This document shows, one piece after another, positions 13,010-28,686 of a stretch of DNA of 64,000 nucleotides. Numbering within the stretch: the first letter of the stretch is position 1; each line of letters starts with the position of its first letter. A program made the translations under genes and the position numbers. Origin of the DNA: Octopus vulgaris (taxonomy: Eukaryota); contig OX597817.1 of NCBI GenBank assembly GCA_951406725.2, positions 99,510,001 through 99,574,000 on the forward strand, in the 5' to 3' direction. The notes beneath the pieces are model-generated. The model was not told where the DNA came from. It made no database searches and saw only the letters and a list, made by a program, of their open reading frames with translations.

Positions 13010-15300
13010 TAGGTTAAAAAGGTTTTTTTTAATTAGAAAGGGGAAAAAAGAAAATTGCATTGTTTTTTTGCAAAAGAACAATAATAAATATGTACAAAAA
13101 TTAAAAAATAAGTACTCCGATACATTGTGAGTTCGTTGTGTATCTTGAGTTTAATGATTGTTCACGAAAAAATTACCTTGAGGTCTTAGGATCCAATGGG
13201 ATTAAGAGCATGAGTTGTTTGGTTTAATTAAGGATGTTGGCAAAACAGGAAGTAGTAGTAATTGTGGTTCTTCAGTTCCTGTGTTGTGAATAAGGGGAGA
13301 CAACTCTTTTGAGTTCTTCAATAAAGGCTGTTAATAAACCCCAAATTATAAAATTATCATTTTAGCTTCATTTGCATTATCTTTTTTATATAATTGTTTG
13401 TTAACTTAACTTTCAGATTTTAACACTTTATTTATATTATTTTCTAATTATATAAATTTGCATAGACAATTGCATTTCAGATTGTTATATCATATATAAT
13501 AAAAATGATAGTAATAACAACAATAGTAAAAATGATATTTAAAGAATATAAGTTTTAGCTTGAAGTGATGAATGCATGGTATCCTTATATATTTGTGTTA
13601 GTCCATCCATGAAGAATGAGGTAGAAAAAGGAAGTTTGATCAACGAGGAGTTTGCATATTAAGTTGTGTTTGGAATTTTTCAATAAAGAGATTCTCCTTG
13701 TTGATTCTCTCCTGTGTGGTGATCCCGTCTTTACATTGGTAGAAGGGGAATATATAGAATTTGGGGTTTAAGTCTTTAGCGCATGAGTCTATGTGGTCAC
13801 TCAATGGAATTTGTCGGTATTCCGGGAGATTTATTTGTTCTTTATGCACCGCTACTCGTTTACGTAACGGGAGACTCGTTTGTCCAACATAATTATGTTG
13901 GCAACCAGAGCATGTGAGAACGTAGATAAGGTTCTCGGAGGAACAGGAGAAGTTAGTCTTGATTTTAAACTTCGTACCTTGTTTGAAGGTAAATTCAGGG
14001 CCTTCAAGTAGGAAGGGGCAGGTGCCACAGTTTGGGCGTGCACATTTTTTTACTGCTGGTGGTGGATGTGGTGTGTGAAGTTTGGCATTTGTCAAGAGTT
14101 TTTTTTAAGATTTGTGTTGCCTTTTACATTTGAGGATTTTGTGTGTATTTATAATGTTTTTCATTTTTGGGTCTGTTGACTGAGGTTTTGTATGATTGTG
14201 GTGTATGCTTCGATATTTTTGGGGTTGTGGGTGGAAATGTATGGAAGTATTTTGAGGTTGTGTGTGGTGTTAGATTGGGTGGTTTTCAGTGTAGTGTTAT
14301 CTAGTTCTTTGGTGCGTTTTATTCCATACTCTATAAGGGTGGAGGGATATTGACGTTGTAATAGTGTTTTTTTGAGGTCTTGAAGGCGTATTTCTCGTGT
14401 TTTTGGATCCGAGACAATGGTGCATACCCTTTTAGCTAAATTGAAAGGGATATTTGTCTTGGTGTGTTTTGGGTGGCATGAACTAAAGAGGAGGTATTGT
14501 TGTGAGTCTGTAGGTTTGTGGTAGATGTCTGTTATGATTTGGTTCTTAGGTGTTTTTATAATTAGGAGATCAAGGAATGGGAGATGATGTTTGCTTAATT
14601 ACATAGTGAATTGGATGTTGGGATGTATGTTGTTTAGTATGGTTTTGAATTCCAGGAGTTTTTCATAAGGTTCTTTCCATATGATGAAACAATCATCCAA
14701 ATACCTTTTCCAGATTTCCATTAGGTAGGTGTGGAAAACATGTCCAAATTTCTGGCTTGATATTTCATAGAGTGATAGTTCGAAGAAACCCATTATGAGG
14801 TTCGCAAGGACTGGTGCAGCCTTTGTACCCATCGCAATACCACATTTTTGACGGTAGTGTGTGTCGTCGAAGAGAAAAAAATTGTTTGTCAGAATGAACT
14901 TGAGAGATTCTGTAATAAAAGTCTTGTTAATGCGGTCAGGGAATGTCTCTGGGTGTTTTTCTAGCCAGAAGTCAATTGCCTCTATACCATATTCATGTGG
15001 GATGTTGGTGTGGACTAACACAAATATATAAGGATACCATGCATTCATCACTTCAAGCTAAAACTTATATTCTTTAAATATCATTTTTACTATTGTTGTT
15101 ATTACTAAAAAACTTTTTAACCTAAATATTCTTGACAAGTCACACAATGACGAAAACCGGTTTGAATAAATATATATTTATATATTTTATCAATTTCTCA
15201 TTTCATTAAAATTTTCTTTCATTTGAGCATTCTGCATTTTTACAATTTTTCCTTGCTATCATTTCTCCACGTGCAGTCAACACAACCCCACCATTTATTG
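13010..15300 (-). mobile_element. Penelope-like element PLE4 (Neptune-like) with inverted pLTR piece at its 5' side
   Basis: RT GIAMGTKAAP, WKRYLDDCF (14599-15051); Zn-finger plus GIY-YIG CARPNCGTC..NLIYVLTC..YVGQT (13640-14095); 15008-15125 inverts ~13500-13607 and ~13010-13030. Confidence 0.9.
15127..15168 (+). ncRNA. Minimal hammerhead motif with U3-A8 core (PLE4 inverted pLTR)
   Basis: tattc TTGACAA gtca cacaa tgac GAAA ACCGGT TT gaata; all three stems pair perfectly. Confidence 0.75.
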
Positions 15301-15305
15301 ATCTA

Positions 15306-15376
<71 letters not shown>

Positions 15377-15832
15377 GTATACATATATATATATATATAT
15401 ATATGTGTGTATACATATATATATATATGTTATATATATATATATATATGTGTGTGTGTATATATATATGTATATATATAGATATATATGTATACATATA
15501 TGTATATATATATATATGTATACATATATATAGATATATATGCATACATATATGTATATATATATATATATATATATGTATACATATATATATATGTATA
15601 CATATATATATATATAGATATATATGTATACATATATGTGTTTTTTTTTTTTTTTTTTTTTTTATATATATATATATATGTATACATATATATATATATA
15701 TTTGTATATATATATATGTATATATATATATATTCCTGAGTGTCAAATAATACTTTAATTGTTCCACGTCCTCGCGTTGCTGTGTTTTTTTCTGTGTTTT
15801 CTTGTTTGGATTAACTATATATATATATATAA

Positions 15833-16351
<519 letters not shown>

Positions 16352-16392
16352 AATTGATCAAAATAAAATAAAAACATGATGCGAAGGATTCA

Positions 16393-16470
16393 GCGGTACA
16401 TATGTTTCGGGCCTTTATTAGACAGATTTATAACAATGCATAATGTATGTCTGTGGCCTTCTTCAGCCGC
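16393..16470 (-). ncRNA. Type I hammerhead ribozyme, canonical core (PLE5)
   Basis: Sense: gcgg CTGAAGA aggcc..ggccc GAAA CATATG TA ccgc. Confidence 0.85.
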
Positions 16471-18424
16471 GCACAACAGCTTCCACAAGGACATGTGTTA
16501 CATCAAAAATTCTTGGTTGGGGATGCAAATCCTCTCATTCACGTACGACATAATGCGGCAGCAGCATAGAATTGAAGCGTCCATCTCTTTCTTCTCTCAA
16601 TGTAGAATGAAATTGGATGTTGAGGTAATGTAAATAAATAAATACATATATAGAGGTGAAGATGGAGGGGCGAGAGTTCGGGACGAGGGATAAAAAATGT
16701 ATAAAAAGTGTAAGTATAGAATAATATAAAAATGTAGAGGATAAAGATATAAAGAGTTGTAAGGAGATGTAAAGGGGGTATAAAGAAATATAAAGAAATA
16801 TAAATAAATGTAAAGGCATAAGGTTATAAAGTAAAAATAGAAATAGAAATAAAAGTAAAAAAACTTGATAAAAACATGATAAAAGTGTAAAAGAATGTAA
16901 AGATAAGGGATGTATAGAGGTTACGGACAAAGCATGGTGGTCAGGAGATTGATAAAATTTAGTTGTAGAATTGTCAGTAAATCAACAGTTTCGTCTGGGG
17001 ACTTAATGCGTTGTAAATCAGAGCTGATGAGCATTTAATCTGGTTCCTTGAATTAAATGGACTTCTAGTACATACATATCATCATGGATACATACACCCA
17101 CATACACGCGTACATATACGCCTCCAAGCCTATAAGCATACACACGCACTCGCGTGTAAACACGTACATAAACACACACGCACCCACACGCACGCGCGTA
17201 CACACACATACATACAACAGAATATCCGCATATATACACGGACATTACGCGCGTACACGCTCACATGTATATACGCGCGCACATCACTACATACACACAC
17301 GTATATGCCCACGCCTCTAGGTCTAGGTGTAAGATATTAAAGGATGTGTATAAGAACGTATGTAAAGAATCCCGTACTCATGTCAATACGTGCACGCACA
17401 CACGGCTGTGTGTCCGTATGTGCGTGCACATATACACTCATATACACACACAGAGACACACGCGCACATGGGTATAGCTATAAGATATCGAAGTATGCAT
17501 GTACATATATGCGCGTGCATATGTATGTATGCGCATACACACGTACGCGGACGCTCGTATATTCAAAAAGTGGATCCATAGGTAAGTAAATAAACATATA
17601 TAGAGGTGTAAAGCGATAAGTTAGGGGTAAGAAATAAAAAATACAGTATAAAATAAGAAATACAATGTAATAGTTAGAAATGAAGTATAAGAATTATAAA
17701 AATTATAAGAGTTAAGGTAAGGGATGAAAATGAAAATGAGAATAAATGGAAGTAGAATAAAAGTAAAAATAAAATTAAAAATAAAAATAAATGGAAGTAG
17801 AATAAAAGTAAAAATAAAAGTAAAAATAAAAATAAAATAAAATAAGATAAAAATATAATTTTGTAAAGTTTAACATGAGATGAAGGTGGTTGAAAGTTAG
17901 AGGTGTGTGTTAAACGTAGGGGCGGGCGGGGGGAACTGAAAATTGGAAGGGTGGGAAGTGGAGTTTGGCGGTGTGCGTTCAACATCTGAGTTAGAAATGT
18001 GAAAGGGTATAGGTATAGGGAATTAAAGAGACTACATAGGGAGGATATGGGTGTAGGAGAAGAAATATTTAGGGAAAAGAAGTCATATATGGGAGACAAA
18101 ATTTGTATATATAGGAGGAAAATGCAGGGAACCGTATATGCACATACACACACCCACACACACACACACACACGCACATGTATATATATATGTATATGTA
18201 CACATACGTACACGTAAGTGCACATACACACACCCACACACACACACACACACACGCACATGTATATATATATGTATATGTACACATACGTACACGTAAG
18301 TGCACATACATACGCGCACACACACACACACGCATACACACGCACATATAGGAAAGCGGGATGTGCTGGAGCCGACAGGTTGCACCGGGTGGGAGGAAAT
18401 TGCATGGGGGAGTTGGTATAAGAC

Positions 18425-18856
18425 CTAAGCATTGTAGTATTTGAAAGTATTAATAAGTTTATGTATACAGGATGGTTTGAACTCTGACCTTTTGTTAATA
18501 AGATTGTGTTTGTCTTTGAATTTCAAGATGTTCAGGAGTTCTACACAGCATAGTTGGCATCCTGCTCTATTATTTAAATAAGGTGCAGCTGATCCGATGA
18601 TGGACCATCTGAGTTTGAAGCCTATGCATTTGTCTTTTAATTCCCAAATTCTTTTAGAGAGGGAGGTGCTGTTAGCCTTATGTCTGTGTCTCAGCGAGGA
18701 CCGGTGGTTGTAGTATCTGGATTTCCAGGAGGTTGAGCAACCAATATAGGTGAGTGTGTTAAACTGAGTACTCACCTCACATGAGTATATTACGTTTTTC
18801 GCCCTACATGCGCCCTGCAGCGGGCACTCTGATGCACATCTGCAGTTGCATTGCAT
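18425..18856 (-). pseudogene. PLE5 Zn-finger plus GIY-YIG endonuclease
   Basis: CNCRCASECPLQGAC, NVIYSC, TYIGCS, RYYNHRSS, CQLCCVE. Confidence 0.85.
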
Positions 18857-19029
18857 TGCATTATTCGGTCGTGTGCTGCTAATCCCAGGCGGAGGTGTTG
18901 CAATACGAGTGGGGGCGTTGGTATCCTCCTGGTTGTTGATGGGTGTAGTATTTCCTCTGTTGTGTTGGCGGGTGTTATTACTAACTGTTTGGGTAGTATG
19001 GCTGCCAGTCTGGTTATATTGTCTACTGT

Positions 19030-20205
19030 CTAGATGAGGGGGTTCTGTTGGTCGCTATGGTTTGCTCTTGATCTAGCTGTTCTAATATTAATATAGTTAT
19101 GTTTAGCTATGAGGCAGCTCATGTTGGGCAGGGTAGAGTAGGAAATCCTAATAGTTTTGTTGGAGAAGATACTTCTATACTTGTGGGTGGGTGGGAAGTT
19201 GTTGGAAATTATAGAGAATATTCTCTTACATAACTTACCCCTAACTGCTAAGTTGAAATGTATGTTGAACCATATATATTTGCGTAATCTACTATTATCC
19301 CTTCTATTTCTCCTAATAGGATCTATATTGCTCTCGTCGGGAGGGTTACTATTGTGTGCTATTCTATTAGTTCGCCTATTTCCTATACGTTGTTTGGAGT
19401 TTAAATTAGAATTATCGCTAGTGTGAGTTGAGTGCTGAGTTCGATTATAATTGGGAGTCTTATGGCCGACGGACGCTCCCGGGTGGTCTACATATGATAT
19501 TCTCTGGTTATACCCGGCACTATAGAGAGCCTGGTTGTAGTGTTGTGCATGATTATTGAAAATTTCTCTATTAGAGGATAGTTTTGTCAGTCTGTCTGAG
19601 ATGGCTTGGACCGTGGTGCTAATTATACAGGGTGGATGGTTGGAAGAGGTATGGATGTATTTGGTAGTTTCTTCGGGTTTCCTATACGGGTAGTGAAGGT
19701 GCTTATTCAAATCTAACGTAACATCTAAGAAGTTTACTATTTTAGTATTGGTCATAAATTCTAGTTTAAGATTGAAGGATTTGAAAAAAAGCCTGATCTT
19801 TTTCCTAATTCTTTCTAGTTTACTCCTATTGTTGGTGGGGTATATGAAGAGAGCGTCGTCTCTGTATAGACCCCCCTGAAGGTCCGGTACCTCGGAGAAA
19901 AGCTTCTTGAGCAGGTAGGCCCCGACCAAGTCAGTCACCTGAGCTGAATCGCTCGAGCCCATAGCCACATCGAAATTGTCGGGGGTATCGGATCTGGTCC
20001 AGAGTCTACCGTCGAATTCTATTATGGTTTTTCTAGCTAATAGAATTATGTCAATTTTTTCTCTGTCTATGAGTGAAAGGTTGCGGGCAAAAATAAGGGA
20101 TTTGTTAAGTAAGATGGGGGATATACTGGCGTAGTAGCTAGCTATGTCGAATTGGATGAATGAGTAGTCGGGCCTATTGGTGATAGTGTTAAACCATTCT
20201 AGCAC
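19030..20205 (-). pseudogene. PLE5 reverse transcriptase (5'-truncated, stop before the endonuclease)
   Basis: 391-aa ORF with RT motifs, [10 protein letters not shown] and [10 protein letters not shown]. Confidence 0.9.
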
Positions 20206-20271
20206 ATCGTTGGTGTTAATCCATAGTTGGAGTGGGATGTATATATGTATACATATATATATATATGTATA

Positions 20272-20400
<129 letters not shown>

Positions 20401-20821
20401 GTATATATAATAATAATATTAGGGAATAAATCCAAACTTACAGGGAAAAATTAGATTTAGGATTAAATCTAATTTTATAGTATAAATATATTATATTATA
20501 TTATATTAAATTAGAGATAAAACCTCTGTTAGGCAAATCAAACAGTGAAAAACATAAGCCAATACATAAAATTAATTTTAAAATATAAAAGTTAAAAATA
20601 AAAAATTATTTAAATAATTTAAACTTATAAATTTTATATATATATACAAATATATATATATATATGTATGTATGTATAGTTTTATATTTATATATTATTT
20701 TATTAATTAATTAATTAATCAATTAATTCATTTATTTATTTATTTATTTTTAAATATCAAAAGTATTAAAAGTTTAATATATATACATATATATATACAT
20801 ATATATATATATGTATATATT

Positions 20822-20906
<85 letters not shown>

Positions 20907-21046
20907 GTATACACATATATATATATATATATATATGTATACATATATATATATATGTGTGTGTGTGTGTGTATATATATATATGTATATATATATGTGT
21001 ATATATATATGTATATATATATGTATACATATATGTATATATATGT

Positions 21047-21122
<76 letters not shown>

Positions 21123-21189
21123 TGGAGTAAACACATAAATGTGAAACAAGGTGGAAAAAGAGTACTCAAATACCAGTGGTAGAGTAATC

Positions 21190-21396
<207 letters not shown>

Positions 21397-21791
21397 ATAA
21401 TTGTTAAAGTGGACAACAAACATTAAGGCAAGGCAAACAATGAAAGTCTTACAGCTGATTCTGGGATAACCCTAACTATGGGATATTCCATCATCAGAAA
21501 CAAATAGGAAAAAATAGGGAAAATGAGAATGGTATATATTAGTGAGAGGATGACTTTCAATTTTTTCCAATAATAATATTGTTAACAACTTGAAATGTTT
21601 GCCTTGTCTTAATGTTTGCTGTCCTCTTTAACAATTATATATCCGTTGCATCAGAAATCTGCAACGGCTCCATAACTACCATCTCAGCTACATTACTTAG
21701 AGCCCTAGTAATCCGTTACAGCACTCACTTAGCATACCTAATCATTTAGATCACCTGTGAACTAAACCCCTATACTTTATATAGATATATC

Positions 21792-21850
<59 letters not shown>

Positions 21851-21920
21851 ATGTATATATATATATGTGTGTATTTATATATATATGTATGTACTTATAT
21901 GTATATATGTATATAGATAT

Positions 21921-23900
21921 TACTTGCAGAGGTACCCGGCGTTGCCTGGTATAACTCTCAATGGAGTAGTCATTCAAATGAACCAAAAGACTTCCATCAA
22001 ACACGACTATAGAAGTTACAATTTACAGGTATTGGCCCTAAGGAGGTCCTTTGGCTGTTCACTATGAAATATCTCTGTGGAGGTGCTGCCAGCAAAGATG
22101 AATACAGAATCCAATGGTAACAATTTAATCTTGCTGGCCCTGAAGAGAGCCTTGGATCATTCACTCTTAAAAGTTTCAGCAGCAGTCCAGTGATAACAAT
22201 TTATAGTTGGTGACCCTGAAGAGGACCTTTTAATGTTCACTTTGAATTATCTCAGCAGCAGTGCTGCCAGCAAAGATGAATCTGATGGTAACAATTTAAA
22301 CTTGGTGGCCCTGAAAAGGGTCTTGGATCATTCACTCTTAAAAGTCCCAGCAGCAGATCTGTCAGCAAAGATGACTCTGATTAGAGGTGATGGCCCTTAA
22401 GAAGTCCTTCACACTACTTTGGTGTGTCATATTTGCTTTGCTTGTTATTTGAGATTGCAACCAAGAAAAAAATTGTAAAAGTCGATGGCCACAAAAGTGG
22501 CCTTGGCAAGATCATGCTGGAATGTAGCCATTTTGTCCGGTTCCATATACAATAAGACGGTATTTCAGAATACAGCAGAGTTCGAGTGAAGTCGTCATGT
22601 TGACAAAGTTTGAAAAAAGCAGTGAGTGTAGTTTCCTTTGGTGTGGTCGCTAGCTGAGCAGCTGTTGCATCATTGAAATACATCTATTGTCTGTTTTCAA
22701 GGTGAATAGCAAGTTGTTCAATGATGGGGAGCCATTGGTACAGTGGGAAGCCAAAAATGTACCAAAAGGTTTCATTGCTGCTAGTGTATCGGCCTTTTTG
22801 ATAATCAGATACCTCTTCTCTACTGCTAAATACTTTCAAGAGGAGGGAGCAATATGGTACTATCCAGCTGTTGTCAATTTTGCATTCACCGACCTTTGCT
22901 GTGAACCTGCCGTCTTCAGGTCTCCTGCACCTATAACAAAGGATATCTGTCATTGCCAGTCTGTGTTTCCTTTAAAAACGGCCTGTGATATCGTTTTGTA
23001 CACTTTCCATCGTGTATGCATGGGGAGTTCATATTGAGTCCATGTCCACAAGGACCATCAACCATGTTTGATATACCTATAGAGAAGCGGTCCTTGTCAT
23101 CAGGTAGTTCATCAGAAATGAATTTGTCAATGTTGTTTGAACTGATTTTTGTAACCAACCAAATCAAGATATGGGCATGTGGCAGCCCTTGTTTCTGACA
23201 TTCAACCATGTGCATGTCACACCTGACAGGCCCCAAAGCCTCTCCTTTCTTTAATAAATACATTAATTTGGATAATTTGAGGTGAAACACTCTTACTATG
23301 AGATCATGCCTGTGTCTTGGTACTTGACCACGGAACAGTTCATTTGTAATCTCTTTCCACTTGGGATTGCATGTAAACATTATGAAAAGGTCGCCCATAA
23401 TGTCATACATAAGCCATGGTGTCCTGAGTCCTCTCGTGCATATATCAGGGTCCCCCTGTGAATATTGAAGGCAAAATACACACTTGCCTAAATTGTCTGA
23501 GGATACGTCATTGTTAATTCCATCATGTAAATGAATGTAGCATTCAGATCGAAGTTTCTTTTGATTTAATTTAATGAACCATAATCTCTCGGACTCCATT
23601 TTAATGGCCATGTCAACAGCAAATTGTTGGAAAAGGTCCCGAGAATAGTATAGATGGTTGAATGAATTGTCTCTTACCATAAATGGAAAAGTGTAGAAAT
23701 CCATGCAGGTGACAGTTTTGCTAAGATGTGCCTCACCATTGCCTGCTGAATTATGCGGAAATCTGAAATGGCATTCGCCCTTGCCATTGACAAATAGCAG
23801 TGATAAGTCTATAAGTGTCAGTATGTTTGTTCAGTTCAAACACAGTGTTACGTACCACACAAACATGCAGTCCTCCATGATACCACCGCGGGATCTAGCA
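21921..23900 (-). mobile_element. Degenerate autonomous-type Helitron (Rep domain fragments)
   Basis: LFQQFAVDM, FTCNPKWKEI, GLPHAHIL, CTKRY, YRCRRPEDG, DNSWIVPY, TTLTAFFKLC; 3' hairpin cccggcgttgcctgg near 21935. Confidence 0.85.
22070..22410. repeat. Degenerate minisatellite in the Helitron 3' region
   Basis: Repeated cagcaaagatgaat..ggtaacaattta..ggccctgaagag..tcactcttaaaagt units. Confidence 0.7.
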
Positions 23901-24654
23901 TGAAAAAGCCTGCCGCACACATGTGGAAACCTGCTCAACAAGTTAATTACCACTATAGAAATGGAAAAAGCAGTATCAAGAAGCCAGAAAAGCTGTCAAC
24001 ACAAATCCAAACTGTTGCATCTTGTCAAAGTCAATTTTCTCAATAATTTCACAACATGAACGTCTCCACAATGCAACTACTGACTCATGGTCTTTTTCTT
24101 TTTCTTTCTTCTAAAAGAGACTTGTTTTTTTTTTCTTCTTTTAAAAGACAAGGAGCAACACTCATGTCCTGCAAATGTGAAATCAATATATTTTTTTCCA
24201 CGTTTGCAACAATAGTAATAAATATATACTAACTATTGAAAGGATAGAGGCAAAAATGTCCAAAAAATTACAGCATGATAAACTGGAACAAACTTCATTT
24301 AAGGTAACAAATGTTGAAGAAGCATACATATCAGAAACTTCTGGTAGCTTATGAGAGTACGTAAGTAAAAATGCCTACCACTTGTCAAAAGTCAAAAATG
24401 AAGTGTGATCCTAGGTCGGACTTGACCTATATAAATAGGAGTGATATCGCTTAATGAACAACACTCCAGTTGTCTGGTTGGTTAGATAATACAAATAAGT
24501 GTGATGAAATCTGCTGAACACAACTCACTGATGTGTGGTTGGCCAGAAGTTGCCATTTCACACTTAATTGAGGTGCAATTACTAATCAATCATTCACACA
24601 GTTTAGGCATGATTGTGAAATAGCAAAATCCACATACAATAGGTGTTAAAACTT

Positions 24655-25460
24655 ACATCATCAGCATCATCATCATCATCGTTTAAACGTCCGTTTTCCG
24701 CGCTAGCACGGGTTGGACGGTTCGACCGGGGCCTGGGAAGCCAGGGCTGCACCAGGCTCCAGTCTGATCTGGCAGTGTTTCTACAGCTGGATGCCCTTCC
24801 TAACGCCAACCACTCCGCGGTGCTGGCAACGGCCACGTTCGGATGGTGCTTTTTATGTGCTACCGCCACAGGTATCACAACTACTATTTCCATTGATATT
24901 TATTTCGATGTTCATGTACTTGACTCAACAGTTCTCCTCAAGCACAGCGAGATGTTCAGGAATCCAAGGTACTTTGAATGGGCAGGGGCTATGTGGAACT
25001 GGTGCAGGAAGAAGCCCGGGTCTTTGCAGTCACAGCATATCTCCAGAGATCTCGGTCCTTCGCCATTGCCTCAGTGAGGCCCAACGCTCTGAGGTCATGC
25101 TTGACTACCTCATCCCATGTCTTCCTGGGTCTACCTCTCCCCCTGATACCTTCAACTGTTTGGGAGTGGCACTTCTTCACACATCTCTCCTCATCCATCC
25201 GCAGTACATGACCATACCATCGCAAGCGTCGCTCTTGCACACCGCATCCAGCGGATCATGCTAGCTTCATTTCTTTCAAGTCTACGCATGTCCTCTGTAG
25301 TCACGACCCATGTTTCACTGCCGTGAAGCATGGCAGTTCGCACACATGCATCATACAATCTACCTTTCACTCTGCTCATGCACACCACATCTGATGCTTC
25401 TTATGTCCAGAATTTCTCTCAGTGTGCTTACCCTCTGTCGTGCACGCACACTGACATTAC
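24655..25460 (-). mobile_element. RTE-clade LINE 3' fragment
   Basis: RLRWYGHVLRM, GRGRPRKTW, LHGSETW motifs; (TGA)n sense tail at ~24657-24680. Confidence 0.85.
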
Positions 25461-27209
25461 ATATATATATAAATATATTAGCATTAAAGACCTGTCATTG
25501 CCGGGTCATAGTGCTAGTGCATGTATATATATGTATTTATTAGTGTACATATTACATGTACATCTATATATATACATCTACACATAAAATGCAAAATACA
25601 AAGTTATATCTTGATATCGCTAGTGATAACAATACTCAAAATATATAACAGACTGGAATTGTTTTATTACAACCCACAAAGGGCGAACACAGAGGGGACA
25701 ATACAACCTGATGTGGGGTCAGATTCTCGAATGGGGTTACAAAAAAGATGAGATTAAAAATTCACAACAATACAAAAATATAAAATCGAATGAAGAACAG
25801 ACCGGAAGACATTACGGATGGAGTGGGGGCGGGTTTAGCTCGAACCGCACGAGCCCCGCCTCACCACTGATACTTTGGTTTCGTCTTGTTTTACTTTCGT
25901 GCTACATCCTTCCATCGTTCTTCATACACTTCCTTAGTCAGGCATTTTCTCTCCGGCCCTATCTTCCTTTTTAGGTGAAAGATGAAGTAATTCATCAATC
26001 CAGGGCTGGAGATGAACTTACCTGACCGTAAACCTTTCATCCTAGTCTTCCAAATCACCTCTCTTGCAATTGCTACTACAACGAGAAAACAATTCTTGCC
26101 TTCTTTTGCGAGGAAATCTGGTGGGTCAATTTTTATAATAGACTCAGTCGACAGCTGTACTCTTCGTGTGCTTGACAACAGCTGTTCGGCATAAACCCAC
26201 ACCTCAGACACGACCGAACAATGAACAATAGCGTGTGGGACGGTTTCCCTATCCCGCCCGAATCTTGGACATATCGGACTGCCTTGGCCACCGTGTCTTG
26301 CGAATCAGGGCAAAGAACGACGGATAGGCGGTAGGTGATAACCGATGCGATAAACACATTGGCTACCTCCGCCCTTCCTTTCAGGGATAGCCACCGCCAA
26401 GACCAGGTCTTGGCTACTGCAGCCACCCTGCTCGATACCTCGCCCCAATTCTTCTCTATTTGGAGGTCTGGTCCAAACCAAACCCCTAGCAACTTAATCG
26501 GACCCTCCGTCCAACGTCCCACGACGCTGTCAGGAGGCATCGACTTGCCTCTCCAGGTGCCGAGCTGCAAGCCGACTGACTTTTCACGATTAACCTGTCA
26601 CCGTCTCGTAAACCTCTTTGGCCTTGCCTACCCTCTGTAGGTGATCCATTTCGGTTACGATGATGGTGATGTCATCCCATCCGCGTAAGCTGACACCGAT
26701 TTTCCACAACCTGGCTGTCTCGGGATGCCGCTCAGTTTTCGCAGTAATGGCTCAAGAGCCACCACGTACAAAAGCGGGGAGAGCGGACACCCTTGACGAA
26801 CCGAGCGCTTGATATTGAACGGCTTCGAAAAGAAGCCGTTCACCCGAACTACCGAGTCGATGTTATCGTAAATTTGAATAATCCACCTGAAGAAGCCAAG
26901 GCCCAGCCCGAACTGTGCCAGAACGGACACCAGGTAGCGATGGTCGACCCTATCAAATGCTTTAGATAGGTCTAAATGAATCAGTGCTCCACCCTTGCCA
27001 GAATCACTATTAAACCCCTCTATAGTGTACCGCATAAGATGGAGATTATCCTGTTTGGTTCTGCCGGGAACGGCACATGTCTGTGCCTCCCCGATCAGAC
27101 CATCCGCGACACATTTTGGCCAAAATCTTCAACTCTGTGTTTAGCAGAGTGATGGGCCTGAAATTATCAATGCACTCTCCCTTGTTCGGGTCCTTTCTGA
27201 CAAGCGTCA

Positions 27210-28673
27210 CTACTCCCCGGCGCACAGATCTGGGAATGAACCCGTTCTGCTGCCAGTTCGCATAGACCTCGTCAGTAGCTGCCCGAACAAGTCTGGCATA
27301 CTCTTATATAACTCATAGGGTAGACCATCCAAACGCGGCGCCCTGCCCGCGCCGCAGTCCACCATTGCCTCAACCACCTCCTCAGGCGTGATTGGCCCTT
27401 CACATCTCGCCCCGATAGTAAAGTCCCTCCTCCTATCCGGTCCGCCGCCCACACCGAAAAGCTGAGCGAAGTGCTCCTGAAAGGCCTCACACATCTCCTC
27501 GGGTTCGTTTATCAACTCACCTTGTTGGTTCGTCAAAGATCGAATCGTGGGGTCATTACCACGCTGAGCTTCCACCACTCGGGGACATCTCACGGCGTTG
27601 ATTCCTTCACAACCCATTGCACGGATCCTAGCCCTGACAATGCAGTCCATGTGTTTGGCCTCGAGGTGCTGGTTTAACGCCAGTCTCTTGGCCTTCACGT
27701 GAGCCGCAGAGCCAGTTTTCAAGGCTTCTTCTAATTCCTTAACTAGAGTTGATTCCCTCCTAGCCTCTCTAGCCACTAATCCTATGCTATATCTAATAGA
27801 CTCGAATTTGATGACTCGCTTGAGGGCATACCACCATTTGTTATCAATGATGGCACCAGATAGCGCCCTCTGGATTATAGTCTTAATCCGGTCTCTGTAC
27901 TCCTTAATCGCCAAAAGGGGCGTATTAAGTTTCCAATAACCGGAGCCTCTATTATTAGCCTTATCTATGTCAAGCTTACAGGTGACCATTTTATGATCAC
28001 TGTAGCTAACCGGGTAAAACTGTGGACACTTAGCTATTTCTCTGTCTACTTTTCTAATTAGTATCCTCTCTATGTATGACCTGGAAGATCCATCGCTGCT
28101 TGACCATGTCCACAATGGAGCGTTCGGAAATTCCAACCTATAAGGATCTGCTAGCTCAAAGCGGCTTAGCAGTTCCAGGAAGTCAATGTTACCTTTTCTA
28201 TCTGGACGCAAGCCAACACAATCTACATCCGCTTTGCAAATTGTGTTATAGTCTCCTAGCACAACTAATGAATGCGAAGTACCAAGAAAGTTTTCCAGTT
28301 CTCGAAAATAATCACTTTGCCCTTTTTGGTTGGGTGCGTAAATCGCAACCAGTCTGATAACTTTACCGTTACTGAACGTCAAATCCATGACGACCAGCCT
28401 ACCTTCTGGGTCTGAAAAAATTAACTTTTTCTCAAAAACCCGGTTTTGTTTTAATAAGACCAACACCCCACCCCCGCCGGTAGGACTGGCCGGAGAGAAA
28501 AAACTCTCGTAGCCGTCGAACAGCGGGAGCAGACCTCTTGTCCCCTCTAACCGGGTTTCTGTAGCAACAATGACATCCAAATTACGCGACCTGATATCAT
28601 TAAGGAAACGACCTTGTTTCCCGTTTGATCCCAGGCCGCGCACATTTAAACAACCAACATAAATGTAATCCAC
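27210..28673 (-). pseudogene. A1 ORF2 N-terminal part (APE endonuclease and linker)
   Basis: 487-aa ORF with EEP motifs and GSGYWKLN. Confidence 0.9.
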
Positions 28674-28686
28674 GGCTTACCTTATA

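Noticed and set aside
18425-20205. Naiad-type selenoprotein PLE
   Set aside because: The endonuclease is C-terminal, a canonical hammerhead is present, and the interrupting stop is TAG rather than TGA
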